Assembly: GCA_049512935.1 (NCBI GenBank)
Contig: JBEKWR010000004.1
Location: 32,001-96,000 of the forward strand
Reading direction: 5' to 3'
Origin: Candidatus Bathyarchaeia archaeon
GTDB taxonomy: Archaea; Thermoproteota; Bathyarchaeia; Bathyarchaeales; Bathycorpusculaceae
Length of the DNA stretch: 64,000 bases
The notes beneath the pieces are model-generated. The model did no database searches. It saw only the letters and a list, made by a program, of their open reading frames with translations, and had not been told where the DNA came from. A program made the translations under genes and the position numbers. The number at the start of each line of letters is the position of its first letter. The stretch's first letter is position 1. This document shows, in pieces, positions 17,102-27,748 of this stretch.

Positions 17102-19138
17102 TTAGGTTTTCTTTAAGCATCCTTCTCTGGGCTCGTAGATTGTTCCCTCACGAAGCAGCTGGCTTATCATGCGTTCGACTTCGCCCCTTGGAATCTTGCT
17201 CTTCGTCTCCAACTCGGTGACAAGCGCCTCCTTCTCAACTATGCCCGTCACCTTCTCCATGCTCATCAGCGTTGACAACACGATGGAGAGTCTGTCACGG
17301 ATGCTTTTGGGTCTGCCCGTCATTATAAGGTCAATGTCCATTTTGTACGAGGACAAGTCAATCCCAACTTCTTCCAGAGACTTCTTCATGATAGAGATAG
17401 CGGCGCCTGCATCTTCAGCAGTTACTTCCCGACGTAGCGCTACCCGAGCTCGGGCTTCTGAAAGGCGAATAAGCGACTCAAGCTGGCGTGCAGTTATCGC
17501 CACGGGTGAGCCTTCTGTTTCGCTTGCCGAACGCATGGCTAAATAGAAGTCGCTAAGCTGCTTTAGTGCGTCGTCGGTAAGCACAGGCTTAATCCCCTTC
17601 GCGTAACTGACATATTTGCGCAGCAACTCCGCGTCAACCTGCGCCTCAACAGGACTCGCTCCCCTACGATGAATCTCCAAAATATGCTTCGACATTTTAC
17701 TGTCCGACTCCTTGTTAGGCACGTCACGAAGCACGAAAATCAAGTCAAAACGGGACAAAATGGTCACTGGCAACGGAACGTTCTCCGCCACGGTGCGGTT
17801 CGGCTCATACCTGCCTAAAGACGGGTTGGCAGCCGCCAAAACCGCAGTTCTCGCATTCAACGTCGCAACGATGCCGCCTTTCGCAACCGAAACCGTATGC
17901 TGCTCCATCGCCTCATGGATGGCAACGCGGTCTTCAGGACGCATTTTGTCCATTTCGTCGATACAAGCTATTCCTTTGTCGGCTAGCACCAAAGCTCCTG
18001 CTTCCAGCGACATACTTCCGCCTTTTTCCCGTACCACTGCGGCAGTTAATCCTGCGGCGGTTGTTCCCCTTCCAGAAGTGTATAGTCCACGGGGCGCTAT
18101 TCTGGCTACATACTGGAGAAGCTGCGATTTGGCGGTTCCAGGGTCTCCGATCAGCAAGATGTTGGGTTCTCCTCTGATGCTTACGTCAGGTAGGGTTTTT
18201 GAGACTCCGCCGAAGAGCAAATACATAATTGCTTCTTTGATATGTTCGTAGCCGAAGATTGACGGCGCGATGGAATCCCTGATTTTTCTGTGCACCCACG
18301 GGTCTTTCGACAGGGCTTGGATTTTTTCTTCCTCTTCAGGGGTTGGTGGAGAAGTTTCGGGTTCTTTGCCCAGCAATTCGACGGAGTTAGCATCAAGTTG
18401 AAGGATAAAAGTTCGAAGTTTTCCCATTCCCATCAGCGAAGGCGCGAAAGCATGCACGATGCCTACTATGGAAACGTGGTCTCCTGGTCTGGCAACGTCA
18501 ACGATGTCGTCGCCCACTGTTTTGACGGCTAATGTACGCGGCAACTGCCCCGGAGGCAGGTCTTCGGGTTTTTCTTGTAACCGCAGGTCTTGTGAGTCTA
18601 TGAATGTGGATTCTTCCTGGACGAATTCGAAGGGGCCGTCTCTTCCGCAGTCGGGTGCAATGCATACGGTGGGCGCTTTAAGAAACTGCCCAGTTTGCTC
18701 GACCATGTTCATGGTTCCGCAGCGTTTGCATTTGAATGCTCCTTGCAGAACCATGGGTCTCACAGGTGTGGCTCTCACAACTATGCCCTCAACCATAACG
18801 AGCTTGGTCATCTGTTTTGACCCGAGCTTTCGGAGCTGTTCCTTGCCGAGGAGCTGTACGATTCTTATGCTGATTTTCTCTATTTTTTCAGCGTACTCAA
18901 CGTCTTCTATGCGAAGTTGCTCGTAGGCGCCTTTTCCAGCATGCTGCAAGTATTCTTCAGGTCTGTTGAGCACCTGCTCCGCGAGCGCTTGGTCGAAGCC
19001 GTAGAGTTCTTCAAAATCGATTAGTATCGAGTTTTTTCCGGTCATGGCTAACTGCGCGATTCTTTGACGGTACTTTTCCCTCTTAAAAAACTCCTGAAAA
19101 CGCTGCTGAGGATCCACAGTTAACTGTTCGTTAGTCAT
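17102..19138 (-). CDS. mcm: Replicative helicase MCM
   Basis: Zn finger, GDPGTAKSQ, IDEMDKM, SRFD, ITARQLE; no intein. Confidence 0.97.
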   Translation of the reverse strand: MTNEQLTVDPQQRFQEFFKREKYRQRIAQLAMTGKNSILIDFEELYGFDQALAEQVLNRPEEYLQHAGKGAYEQLRIEDVEYAEKIEKISIRIVQLLGKEQLRKLGSKQMTKLVMVEGIVVRATPVRPMVLQGAFKCKRCGTMNMVEQTGQFLKAPTVCIAPDCGRDGPFEFVQEESTFIDSQDLRLQEKPEDLPPGQLPRTLAVKTVGDDIVDVARPGDHVSIVGIVHAFAPSLMGMGKLRTFILQLDANSVELLGKEPETSPPTPEEEEKIQALSKDPWVHRKIRDSIAPSIFGYEHIKEAIMYLLFGGVSKTLPDVSIRGEPNILLIGDPGTAKSQLLQYVARIAPRGLYTSGRGTTAAGLTAAVVREKGGSMSLEAGALVLADKGIACIDEMDKMRPEDRVAIHEAMEQHTVSVAKGGIVATLNARTAVLAAANPSLGRYEPNRTVAENVPLPVTILSRFDLIFVLRDVPNKESDSKMSKHILEIHRRGASPVEAQVDAELLRKYVSYAKGIKPVLTDDALKQLSDFYLAMRSASETEGSPVAITARQLESLIRLSEARARVALRREVTAEDAGAAISIMKKSLEEVGIDLSSYKMDIDLIMTGRPKSIRDRLSIVLSTLMSMEKVTGIVEKEALVTELETKSKIPRGEVERMISQLLREGTIYEPREGCLKKT

Positions 19139-19140
19139 CT

Positions 19141-19692
19141 CTACTTTTCACCTTCCACATCCAGAATCTTGGCTTTCCACTCAGAAATAATCTTAACCAG
19201 CTGCTCGTAGAGGATTCTTTCTTCGCCAGAGAACTTTTTAAGAACCTGTTCCCCTTGACCAGGCGCACCAGAAAGCGCAATGATCTTTTTCAGCCGGGAA
19301 TTCACCACGTCTTTTGCCAGATGCTGCGCTTTTTGGTACTCGCTTATTTTTTCAGGCTGAGTGGCCTCCTGTTTTAGGATAGCCACGTAGCGTCTAAGCT
19401 TGGGGTAAAAATCGATTGGTAACTCGGAGATTTGCCCTGGAATCTGCACGCCTTCTCTCCACTGCACCTTAAACAGTTTAGTCGTGTCCAAGACGTCGTC
19501 TTCGCGGAAATGAGCCATTCCCGCATCGGCTAGCTCTTTCGCCACCCAAAAATAAACTTCATACTCGTTTCCCTCATCAAAGGGGCCAACCGTCAAGCCA
19601 GCAAGCTTAATCTCGGGGCAGTTCCTGTTGGCGACGATTCTAACAAGCGAATTCTCGTAACAGAAATCCAACGTGCAAATTTTCGTCGCCAA
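19141..19692 (-). CDS. GINS23 subunit
   Basis: N-terminal B-domain with VYFWVAKEL, LPIDFY, RLKKII; directly upstream of mcm. Confidence 0.8.
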   Translation of the reverse strand: MATKICTLDFCYENSLVRIVANRNCPEIKLAGLTVGPFDEGNEYEVYFWVAKELADAGMAHFREDDVLDTTKLFKVQWREGVQIPGQISELPIDFYPKLRRYVAILKQEATQPEKISEYQKAQHLAKDVVNSRLKKIIALSGAPGQGEQVLKKFSGEERILYEQLVKIISEWKAKILDVEGEK

Positions 19693-19886
19693 ACCCTTTT
19701 TTCTCCCTCAAGTCCGATTGCTGTCCCTTTGTGGGGTTCAACAGATATGACGAGAAAGGTTTTAAGCGTTTGCACTAGAAAAAAACAAAGCCAAAGAATG
19801 TTTTTCATAGCTAATGCTGAGAAATTACAGCCTCTGTCATAAGGCTTTACTGTTGGACCCTTTCAAGAAATGTAAAAAGAAAAAGT

Positions 19887-21137
19887 TTATGGCCATAGTC
19901 CCAGTGTTTTTATTGCGTTCGCGACCCTGCCGACTCCCAGCATCAACGCCCCAGTGCGCATGTCGCTCTCTTCCCTCTCCGCTAGGGCGGCGACGTCGTT
20001 GAAGGCTTTAGTCATTTTTTCCTCAAGCTTGCTGTTTACCGTTTCCAGCGTCCATTGTTCGCGTGTCAGGTTTTGGACCCATTCAAAGTAGCTGACGGTT
20101 ACTCCGCCGCAGTTAGCAAGTATGTCGGGTATGAGGCAAATCCCTTTTTCGTACAGAACCTTGTCAGCGTCAGGTGTCGTCGGCCCGTTTGCGGCTTCAG
20201 CAACCATTTTTGCCTTTATTTTGTCCGCGTTTTTGCAGGTAATCTGGTTCTCCAGAGCCGCCGGGATGAGCACGTCGCAGGGCAACTCAAGCAGTTCAGC
20301 GTTGGTTATGTTTCTGGAGTCTTTGTAGTTTTGCACGGAACCTGTTTTTTCTTTGTGCGCCAAAACGTCCGGGATCTTTAAGCCGTCTGACGCGAATATG
20401 CCTCCTGTGGAGTCGCTGACGGCTATGACTTTGGCGCCTACTTCCTGAGCTGTCGCTGCTGCATGATAACCCACGTTGCCGAATCCTTGGATGGCAACTG
20501 AGGCGTTTTTAAGTTTCAGTCCTTTGTTTTCCGCAGCTTGCTTTACGCAGTGGATGACGCCTCTGCCCGTGGCTTCCGTTCTGCCCCATGAACCGCCGAT
20601 CTCAACCGGTTTGCCCGTGGCGCTTTCGGGTATGCTGTAGCCTTTCAGTTGGCTGTATGTGTCCATTATCCAAGCCATGGTCTGTGCGTCGGTGTACATG
20701 TCTGGCGCGGGGATGTCGCGATGAGGACCCAGATACTCGACGATGAGGCTTACGTACCTTCTCGTCAACCGCTCAAGCTCATGCCTGCTCATCTTTTTCG
20801 TGTCCACCATTATCCCGCCTTTCGCGCCTCCGAACGGAATGTTAGCGATGGCGCATTTCCAAGTCATCAGCATCGCCAAAGCGGTGACATCGTCAAGCGT
20901 AACGGTGGGGCTGTAGCGGATTCCTCCCTTGAACGGCCCGCGTGCGTCCCAATGCTGGACTCGGACGCCGCTGAAAACCCCGACGACCCCGTTGTCCATG
21001 CGGATGTCGATGCTGACGCTGATGGAGCGTTTCGGCAGGCTAAGCATCCTGCAGATGCCAGGGTCTAACTCTAATTTTTTGGTTGCAAGTCTAAGTTGGG
21101 ATAATGCCACGTTTAATGTTGCATGTTCTTCCGCCAT
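19887..21137 (-). CDS. gdhA: Glutamate dehydrogenase
   Basis: GPFKGGIRY, GGAKGG, DIPAPD, QGFGNVG, SYFEWVQN. Confidence 0.93.
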   Translation of the reverse strand: MAEEHATLNVALSQLRLATKKLELDPGICRMLSLPKRSISVSIDIRMDNGVVGVFSGVRVQHWDARGPFKGGIRYSPTVTLDDVTALAMLMTWKCAIANIPFGGAKGGIMVDTKKMSRHELERLTRRYVSLIVEYLGPHRDIPAPDMYTDAQTMAWIMDTYSQLKGYSIPESATGKPVEIGGSWGRTEATGRGVIHCVKQAAENKGLKLKNASVAIQGFGNVGYHAAATAQEVGAKVIAVSDSTGGIFASDGLKIPDVLAHKEKTGSVQNYKDSRNITNAELLELPCDVLIPAALENQITCKNADKIKAKMVAEAANGPTTPDADKVLYEKGICLIPDILANCGGVTVSYFEWVQNLTREQWTLETVNSKLEEKMTKAFNDVAALAEREESDMRTGALMLGVGRVANAIKTLGLWP

Positions 21138-21311
21138 AAAACCTCGCCTTCTATAAAGAGTGTTAATAAGCAGTGGCTAGATAAGATTTGCCTTCGCTGT
21201 TTCTGTGTGTTTAGTTGATGCTTTCGTATACGGGGGTCTTACCGCCATTATTAATCAAAAAGAATTCTTTTGCGGTTTTATTGTTTGAAACAGAATCTAA
21301 TTAGCGCTAAC

Positions 21312-21605
21312 TTATTTGAGTTTCTTGTCGCCGAATATTTCTAGGAAGCCTTTCATCTTCCAGTAAGTGTCTAAAAACTCTAGCCCGCGAGGGGTAGCAA
21401 AGTACAGAGTCTGCTCCTCGACCGCAAGTTTCCTAGCCAAGCCGTAGCTGCTCAGCGCATCCAGCATTTTTCTAAGACGATCCACTGGGACGCCTACGCC
21501 GTAGGAGATGCGGGTGATTTTGCCGCCTTCAGGGTAACGAATGAGAACCTCCAGCACTTGAGCGTACAGGTCGGTTCTCGAACGCTTAGTTTCATGGTCT
21601 CTCAT
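21312..21605 (-). CDS. Archaeal winged-helix DNA-binding protein
   Basis: KRSRTDLYAQVL, ITRISY, YFATPRGLEFL. Confidence 0.75.
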   Translation of the reverse strand: MRDHETKRSRTDLYAQVLEVLIRYPEGGKITRISYGVGVPVDRLRKMLDALSSYGLARKLAVEEQTLYFATPRGLEFLDTYWKMKGFLEIFGDKKLK

Positions 21606-21629
21606 GCATGCGCATCTCCCGTAGGTATG

Positions 21630-22979
21630 TCAAAATGGGGGTTTAGGAAGTGTGTCCACTTTTTTGGGCTCTTCGCTTACCGCTGCGCCAAAATCCATCT
21701 TTAACTCTCTGGTGTAAGTTACTTGTTCTGCAGCTGAACCCTGCTCAAGCCTAACCGTATCAGCGAATATCTGCCCGGCCCTGCACATCGGGCCAAGCAA
21801 CACTTCTATCCCATAAACGTCATCAACTCTTGCCATGCCCCCACCCGTCCATAGACCCCTCGCTGCCAATGCCTGATTGAGAAGAGTGGCGTGGTGTTCG
21901 ATAAGCCAATTGATTCCCCCACCACCATAACTTAAATCCACGCTTTTCCCAATTTCCACCCGCTCGCCAATCAACACGCCTTCGCATCGGCTGCCGCCCC
22001 GTACCGTCACCAGTTTGGCTTTCAATCCATTTTTTGTTTCTATTTTGCCGCTGATATCTGCCTCTTCTTTGACTGTAATCTTGGTTGCCGTCAATTTGCC
22101 GCTGACTCGTAGCTTTGTACTTTCAAAGTCGCCAGTTACTTCTATCACGCCGTAGCCTTCAAGTTTGTCCGAAACAAAGAGTGACCCCGTCACCTCAAAT
22201 TTTCCGCCAACCTCGACATATTCAGCGTGGCAATCGCCGCGTATTTCAATGACGCCGCCTACCTCGATGTGGTCGCAAGTTATGTTTCCTTCGACTTCCA
22301 GTTTGCCGAAGGTTGAAACTTTGCGTCCCTTGCAGCCGTCAGGCAACGAGCCTTTGCCGTAGACTAATAGTTCGCCGAACTCAAGCGGTGATTTGCTGAT
22401 GAATTTTCCGCCGACTCGAATGTTGCCCGATATGGATCCGCCGCCCACTTCGACTTCGCCGCCTACATTGAGGTCGCCTAGTTTGACTTTGCCAAGCGCG
22501 ACTACTTTTCCGCCTACGTCAACGCTTGAGGCTTCAAACATGTTTTCGATGTCTGCGCGTCCGCCGACTCGGATTCTGCCGCATTTTATGGCGCCTGCTT
22601 GTATTCTTCCGCCCACGTCGATATTTCCGCTGTCTATTAAGCCTGTGACTTTTACTGAGTGGCTGACGTTGAGTTGTTTGTGAACGGTCAAGTTGCCGTT
22701 TACCTCGAGTTTTCCAACATATCGCCCTGTCACGTCTAGCCGTGCGCTTTCAGAATCCCAATCGAACTCTTTGCTTTTTGAAAGGAAAGCCCTTGATTCC
22801 AGTATGTCACATTCAAGATCGCAGTTTACGTATGCTTTGCCTTCCAAGTAGACGCCTCCAGTGACGACGACGTTTTTGCCGTTGCTGGCTTCGATCGTTG
22901 CGTTGTTGCCTATTTGGACTTCGCCGTCTACAATGTCGAGTTTGACGGTTTGTCCGCGTGGGATACGTAAATTCGACAT
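21630..22979 (-). CDS. Long bactofilin-like (polymer-forming cytoskeletal) beta-helix repeat protein
   Basis: Many ~16-17 aa repeats of the (I/V)xVGG(K/R)xxxxG type over 449 aa; no signal peptide or TM segment. Confidence 0.6.
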   Translation of the reverse strand: MSNLRIPRGQTVKLDIVDGEVQIGNNATIEASNGKNVVVTGGVYLEGKAYVNCDLECDILESRAFLSKSKEFDWDSESARLDVTGRYVGKLEVNGNLTVHKQLNVSHSVKVTGLIDSGNIDVGGRIQAGAIKCGRIRVGGRADIENMFEASSVDVGGKVVALGKVKLGDLNVGGEVEVGGGSISGNIRVGGKFISKSPLEFGELLVYGKGSLPDGCKGRKVSTFGKLEVEGNITCDHIEVGGVIEIRGDCHAEYVEVGGKFEVTGSLFVSDKLEGYGVIEVTGDFESTKLRVSGKLTATKITVKEEADISGKIETKNGLKAKLVTVRGGSRCEGVLIGERVEIGKSVDLSYGGGGINWLIEHHATLLNQALAARGLWTGGGMARVDDVYGIEVLLGPMCRAGQIFADTVRLEQGSAAEQVTYTRELKMDFGAAVSEEPKKVDTLPKPPF

Positions 22980-23052
22980 GGTTTTTAGTACTCCTCCAGT
23001 GCTTTTAAGGTTGATTCACATTGCGTTACTGTCGTCATTCTTTGATTCTCCT

Positions 23053-23913
23053 TTACTCTGCTTTCAAAGCTCTCCGCGCAATCAAGTATCCAATCACAGC
23101 AAAGACTACAGCGAAGACGACTAAATATAGCATGTTTCCAGCAAGCGTTGACAGTTGCCCTGAGGAGGGATTGCCGTTTACTATGAGTAATCTGGCGGTT
23201 TCGCAAGCTTTTGTGATTGGGTTAACTTCAGCTATGCCTTTGAGCCATGATGGGAAATTTCCCAGTGGAAATATGGCGCTGCTTATAAAGATCAAGGGAA
23301 AAGCCAGGAAGTTTACGATCGCAACAAGTGAATCAACTTGTTTTACTGAGTAGGCAAGTGCGGTGAAGAGACAGCCAAATCCAAACGTTAAGAGTCCGAA
23401 AGCAGCAAAGATGCCGACGAGGTTAAGCACTCCGAAGCCCGTGCCAACTTGTAACCCGTTTGGAAGAAGAAAACCGATTATGAATGTTAGCAAAGCTATG
23501 AACATGGCTTTCACAAAGTTCTGCATTACGCCCGAAAAAAATATTGATGCTCTGGATATCGGTGCGCTCAGTAGAGAGTTAAGGTAGCCTAGCTGTCTAT
23601 CAAGTACTAAGTCGATTCCGCCGTAGGCAGCGTTAATTATAACTACGAACGAGATTACGCCCGCTGTGAGGAACGTTATGTAGTTTGCTGCACCGCCGAA
23701 CACTGAAGTTATGGCGGCCCTTATCTGTTCAAGCAAAACAGGCGACAACGCGGTGCCACCGATTTGTGAGGGAACAAGATTGACGGGGTTAAATGAACTT
23801 CCAAAAAGCACTAGCCAAAAGACAGCCATGAATAATCCAGGCATCATGGCGGCGGGGTTTCGTATCCATTTTTTTAGGAAACGATTTGTCAAAGCTATAG
23901 TGTCGCCGAACAT
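23053..23913 (-). CDS. ABC-2 type exporter permease
   Basis: Six TM segments, DRQLGYLNSLLSAP, SAIFP...PSWL...NPIT. Confidence 0.88.
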   Translation of the reverse strand: MFGDTIALTNRFLKKWIRNPAAMMPGLFMAVFWLVLFGSSFNPVNLVPSQIGGTALSPVLLEQIRAAITSVFGGAANYITFLTAGVISFVVIINAAYGGIDLVLDRQLGYLNSLLSAPISRASIFFSGVMQNFVKAMFIALLTFIIGFLLPNGLQVGTGFGVLNLVGIFAAFGLLTFGFGCLFTALAYSVKQVDSLVAIVNFLAFPLIFISSAIFPLGNFPSWLKGIAEVNPITKACETARLLIVNGNPSSGQLSTLAGNMLYLVVFAVVFAVIGYLIARRALKAE

Positions 23914-23914
23914 T

Positions 23915-24919
23915 TTACTTCATCCTCTCAATCAGAACCCGCTGTCCAAACGAATCGCCGTTTCTTCCTGCGTCTCGCATTGTGTTGCCTGTGATTTGCA
24001 GGAAGACCTGGTTAAGTGTCGGTTTAGCCAATGTTATATCGGAGATTTTGAGCCCTTTCTTGGTTATGGCTTCAACTATCGCCGGTAGCGCCGTCTCCGT
24101 TCTGGTGAGCTTAAGGTGGTAAATTTCTCCTTGTTTCGCTACTTCGGCAACGTCTTGGATTCCTCTGAGCATCGCGGATACGTCAGCGCCGTCCGTAAGC
24201 TGCAAAGTCAAGACTGTTCCGGCAAGTTTGCTTTTAAGCTCTGAAGGAGAACCCGACACTTTGATTACCCCGCTGTCGATTATTGCGACTCTGTCACAAA
24301 GAGAGTCGGCTTCTTCCAAGTAATGTGTCGTCATGAATACGGTGATCCCGCCTTCACGGTTAAGTCGTCGAATGTAAGCCCACATGTTCTGCCTCGTTTG
24401 GATGTCCAACCCCAATGTCGGCTCGTCTAAAAACAGGATTTTCGGCTCATGAATCAAACCCATGGCCAACTGTAGTCGTCTGCGCATGCCGCCCGAGTAG
24501 GTTTTAACCTGTCTTTGCTCAGCACTTTCGAGCTCCAAAAGCTTCAGCAAATCCTGTGCCTTCTTGCGGGCGGTATCGTTCGGGACATGGTGGAGCTTGG
24601 CTGAGAGAAGCAGGTTTTCTATGCCCTTGAGTTCATCGTCTGCCGTAAGTTCCTGCGGCACAATGCCTATGGTCTTGCGGACTTCTGCTGGCTTACTGTT
24701 TACATCGTATCCAGCAACGGTTGCTTTTCCCGAAGTTATCGCCGCCAAAGTCGTCAGCATCTTGATTGTCGTGGTTTTTCCCGCGCCGTTAGGTCCAAGG
24801 AAACCGAACAGTTCCCCCTCTTCAACCGAGAAGGAAATGTCGTCCACGGCTTTGACCGATTTCTTGTAGATTTTGGTGAGGCCCTCAGCCTCGATTATCT
24901 TATTTTTCATCCGATTCAC
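23915..24919 (-). CDS. DrrA-like ABC ATP-binding subunit
   Basis: GPNGAGKTT, YSGGMRRRL, LDEPTLGLD, TTHYLEEAD. Confidence 0.93.
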   Translation of the reverse strand: MNRMKNKIIEAEGLTKIYKKSVKAVDDISFSVEEGELFGFLGPNGAGKTTTIKMLTTLAAITSGKATVAGYDVNSKPAEVRKTIGIVPQELTADDELKGIENLLLSAKLHHVPNDTARKKAQDLLKLLELESAEQRQVKTYSGGMRRRLQLAMGLIHEPKILFLDEPTLGLDIQTRQNMWAYIRRLNREGGITVFMTTHYLEEADSLCDRVAIIDSGVIKVSGSPSELKSKLAGTVLTLQLTDGADVSAMLRGIQDVAEVAKQGEIYHLKLTRTETALPAIVEAITKKGLKISDITLAKPTLNQVFLQITGNTMRDAGRNGDSFGQRVLIERMK

Positions 24920-25023
24920 TTCTTTCAGGGTAAATCGGCGAATTTCAATAAATAGTCAGTTCACACACGGTAAACACAGCGAGTACACACAACAAGTTAG
25001 TAATGTTAAAAAAGCGAAGAGCG

Positions 25024-25362
25024 TTAGAATTTCTCAAGGTATTCTTCGAATTGTTTTCTGTCTCTGAGGCATTGGGGGCAAACGCAGCTGAGCGGGAGGT
25101 TCTTGGTGGTGCATAACTCGCCGTATTTGCAGTCGGCGCATGGGAACTCTTTTCCGCATCGGGTGCAGCTTTGCAGGAAAACCACTTCCGTGTCCAGTAT
25201 GCCCGTGAGCGTATCCATGAGCTTCTCGATGTTGTTGCAGTTTTTTACTGAGAAGACGCCTAGCTCCCTGTTGTAATCTAAACCGAGATTCATTAGAAGG
25301 ACGAATTTTTCCCTCTCGACCCTTGGAAGCTTGAAAGCCTTCGGGTTTAAAACTGCCACCAT
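25024..25362 (-). CDS. Hypothetical Cys-rich (Zn-binding) protein downstream of rfcL
   Basis: CTRC, CADC...C, CVCPQC; continues the RFC operon. Confidence 0.65.
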   Translation of the reverse strand: MVAVLNPKAFKLPRVEREKFVLLMNLGLDYNRELGVFSVKNCNNIEKLMDTLTGILDTEVVFLQSCTRCGKEFPCADCKYGELCTTKNLPLSCVCPQCLRDRKQFEEYLEKF

Positions 25363-25377
25363 CCCAACGTTTCCTCC

Positions 25378-26619
25378 CTAGTACCTGCTCATTTTAGCGA
25401 GGAAATCAGCCTCTTCAGGCGTGAACTTAAACCAAGAAGCCAGCTGGCTTGATTTTTTCTGTTGAAGCAAAGTTTTGACGTAGGGTACGAAGTCGTGTTT
25501 GGCTTTTTCGTGGGAAACGTGGCATTGAGCTCCTATCTTGCCGCAGATGGCGTCCAGCGTTGATCTTTTGCCCTTTGTCCAGAACAGCGTGATGATGCGA
25601 ATGGGCGGCGTGATGAATTCGAAGGGAAGGTAAGATTCTGGCGCAACTGAAGCGGCTTGGGACATGGAGTTGTAGAAGTACTTTAGGAGATGCCAGTTTT
25701 CCGTTCCGATCCTTCCGCGGTACATGTCGGCTTGCGAGACGAAATCGTAGGCTGCGGCAAGCTCCTCTGGGTTGGTGTACCGTTTGGGTAGGTTGTCGCT
25801 TACCGACATAAGGAGCTCGTCGTAGTCAACGTTTGAGCGGCTAAGCAAGGCTGATGCTTCAGCGATGGATTTCGCCGAAAAGAACCCTCGGAGCGTTTCG
25901 TCCATGCTGATGTCCTTGTTTCTTGAGCTCAAAGTCATGGTGTCCTGAAGGGTTAGGACGCGGTTTTGTTCGCTTAGGCTTTGAAGGTCATTTATGGCTG
26001 ACCGAACGTCGCCCCTGCTGTTTTGTGCAATGTGTTCAAGTGCTTCAAACTCGGCTTTCACATGTTCCAGCAGGCAGATTCTCTGGAGCAAGGCGATGAG
26101 AAGCGGTATTCTTATCTGCTGAAACCGTATGAGCAAGCAAACCTTCTTGAGCGGTCTAAGCTTGTCTATGTCAGGGTCGTTTGCCGCCATGATGACTGGG
26201 ACTTGGGATTTCTCAACGATTTCTATTATGGCGCTTACTCCGCCCCTGTCCTCGTTGCCTGCTATGCCGTCGACCTCGTCGAGGAAGAGAATGTTGCCTT
26301 TGCTCTGTGTTGATGTTGAGAAAGCGTCTAAGGCGACGTATGAAGTTGCGGGTTTCGCAACGGCATTTATGGCTTTTTCTGACCGCGTGTCGCTGGCGTT
26401 CATTTCGATGATGGTGAACCCGTACTCTTTCGCGGCGGCGTTAGCCAGCGCAGTTTTTCCCACGCCCGGCGGCCCGTAAAGCAGCACTGCTTTTTTTGTT
26501 TTGCTTTTGCGTTTGCCTCTGAGCCACTCGACAAACGTGGCTTTCGCTTCTTCGTTGCCGACTATGTCCTCTATCTTTTTTGGACGGTACTTTTCAACCC
26601 ACAAAAGGTCATTTCGCAT
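25378..26619 (-). CDS. rfcL: Replication factor C large subunit
   Basis: WVEKYRP, GPPGVGKT, EMNASD, LDEVDG, GDVRSAINDLQ. Confidence 0.93.
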   Translation of the reverse strand: MRNDLLWVEKYRPKKIEDIVGNEEAKATFVEWLRGKRKSKTKKAVLLYGPPGVGKTALANAAAKEYGFTIIEMNASDTRSEKAINAVAKPATSYVALDAFSTSTQSKGNILFLDEVDGIAGNEDRGGVSAIIEIVEKSQVPVIMAANDPDIDKLRPLKKVCLLIRFQQIRIPLLIALLQRICLLEHVKAEFEALEHIAQNSRGDVRSAINDLQSLSEQNRVLTLQDTMTLSSRNKDISMDETLRGFFSAKSIAEASALLSRSNVDYDELLMSVSDNLPKRYTNPEELAAAYDFVSQADMYRGRIGTENWHLLKYFYNSMSQAASVAPESYLPFEFITPPIRIITLFWTKGKRSTLDAICGKIGAQCHVSHEKAKHDFVPYVKTLLQQKKSSQLASWFKFTPEEADFLAKMSRY

Positions 26620-27613
26620 AAGTTTCCTCTATGCCTCTGCCGAACTTCGCGAACTGGGCAAGCAACGCGCTCAGCTGGATGTCGCTGTTTGCGCCCTGAG
26701 TTAATCGGTAATCGTACTCGCCGATCAGGTTTGAAAGCTCCGCCTTTTGCTCGGGCGTCAAGTCTGACATCTTGAAGATTTCCCGCTGGATTTGCCGTAT
26801 TATTTCGGATCCTGAGAAGCCGTATGAACCCATTATCTCGTACATCTTTTTTCTTGCCTCCATGAAGTCGCCGAACAACGCTTTCCTAATCATCTGTTGC
26901 ACCTGCATGGGGCTGGCTTCCCCTATTACCAGCAGAACCGTTTTCTCGTCAACCAACCCTTCCTTGTAGGCTGAAGCCGTCTGTAAAGCGTTGATGGCGT
27001 GTCTCAAGTCGCCTTCAGCGTAATCCACTAATCTCTCAGCCGCTGCCTGCTCCAGCCTAACGTTCTCCTGCTTGGACATCCACTGAAGATGATCAATCAT
27101 CGCTTGCCTGTCAAGCCTTGAAAAGCGGTAGATGGCGCATCGGCTCTGAATCGGCTCAATTATCTTGCTTGACTGGTTACAAATCAAAATGAACCTTGAT
27201 GTGCGGGAACCCGTTTCCATTATCCTTCTCAACGCTGTCTGTGCGGGGCCCGTCATTTGGTCGCACTCGTCTAGAACAATCAGGGAGAAGGGCACGTTTT
27301 CGAAGCCTGCGCGGCTGTAACGTGAGAAGTCTTTTATTCTTTCGCGGACGGTGTCGATGCCTCTTTCGTCGGACGCGTTTAGCTCCAACGTGAAGTTTTT
27401 CCAGTTTGCGCCGAAAAGCTCATGTGCGATGCATAGGGCGAGCGTGGTTTTTCCCGTGCCTGGTATGCCTGCGAACATCAGGTGCGGCATGGTTTTGGGG
27501 TTTTTCATGAAGGCTTTGAGGCTTTCGACGATGTCGCGTAAGTCTACGACTTCGTTGAGGTTTTTCGGTCGGTACTTTTCGACCCACATAAGTGCTTCTT
27601 CGTTAGCTGCCAT
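26609..27613 (-). CDS. rfcS: Replication factor C small subunit
   Basis: WVEKYRP, GIPGTGKT, ELNASDERG, IQSRC. Confidence 0.95.
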   Translation of the reverse strand: MAANEEALMWVEKYRPKNLNEVVDLRDIVESLKAFMKNPKTMPHLMFAGIPGTGKTTLALCIAHELFGANWKNFTLELNASDERGIDTVRERIKDFSRYSRAGFENVPFSLIVLDECDQMTGPAQTALRRIMETGSRTSRFILICNQSSKIIEPIQSRCAIYRFSRLDRQAMIDHLQWMSKQENVRLEQAAAERLVDYAEGDLRHAINALQTASAYKEGLVDEKTVLLVIGEASPMQVQQMIRKALFGDFMEARKKMYEIMGSYGFSGSEIIRQIQREIFKMSDLTPEQKAELSNLIGEYDYRLTQGANSDIQLSALLAQFAKFGRGIEETYAK

Positions 27614-27748
27614 TAACTAAACACCTTTCACAACAAATTATCCAATAACGAGTTGGGATTTACCCATTTAAGTTTTCCCCAGTAGCCCATTTTTTTCTTC
27701 AGTTGGCTTTTGCTGTTTTGGTTTTTTTTGGGTTGGTTTTTGTTTGCA

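Noticed and set aside
17102-27613. Inteins in MCM or RFC
   Set aside because: Normal lengths and uninterrupted Walker motifs
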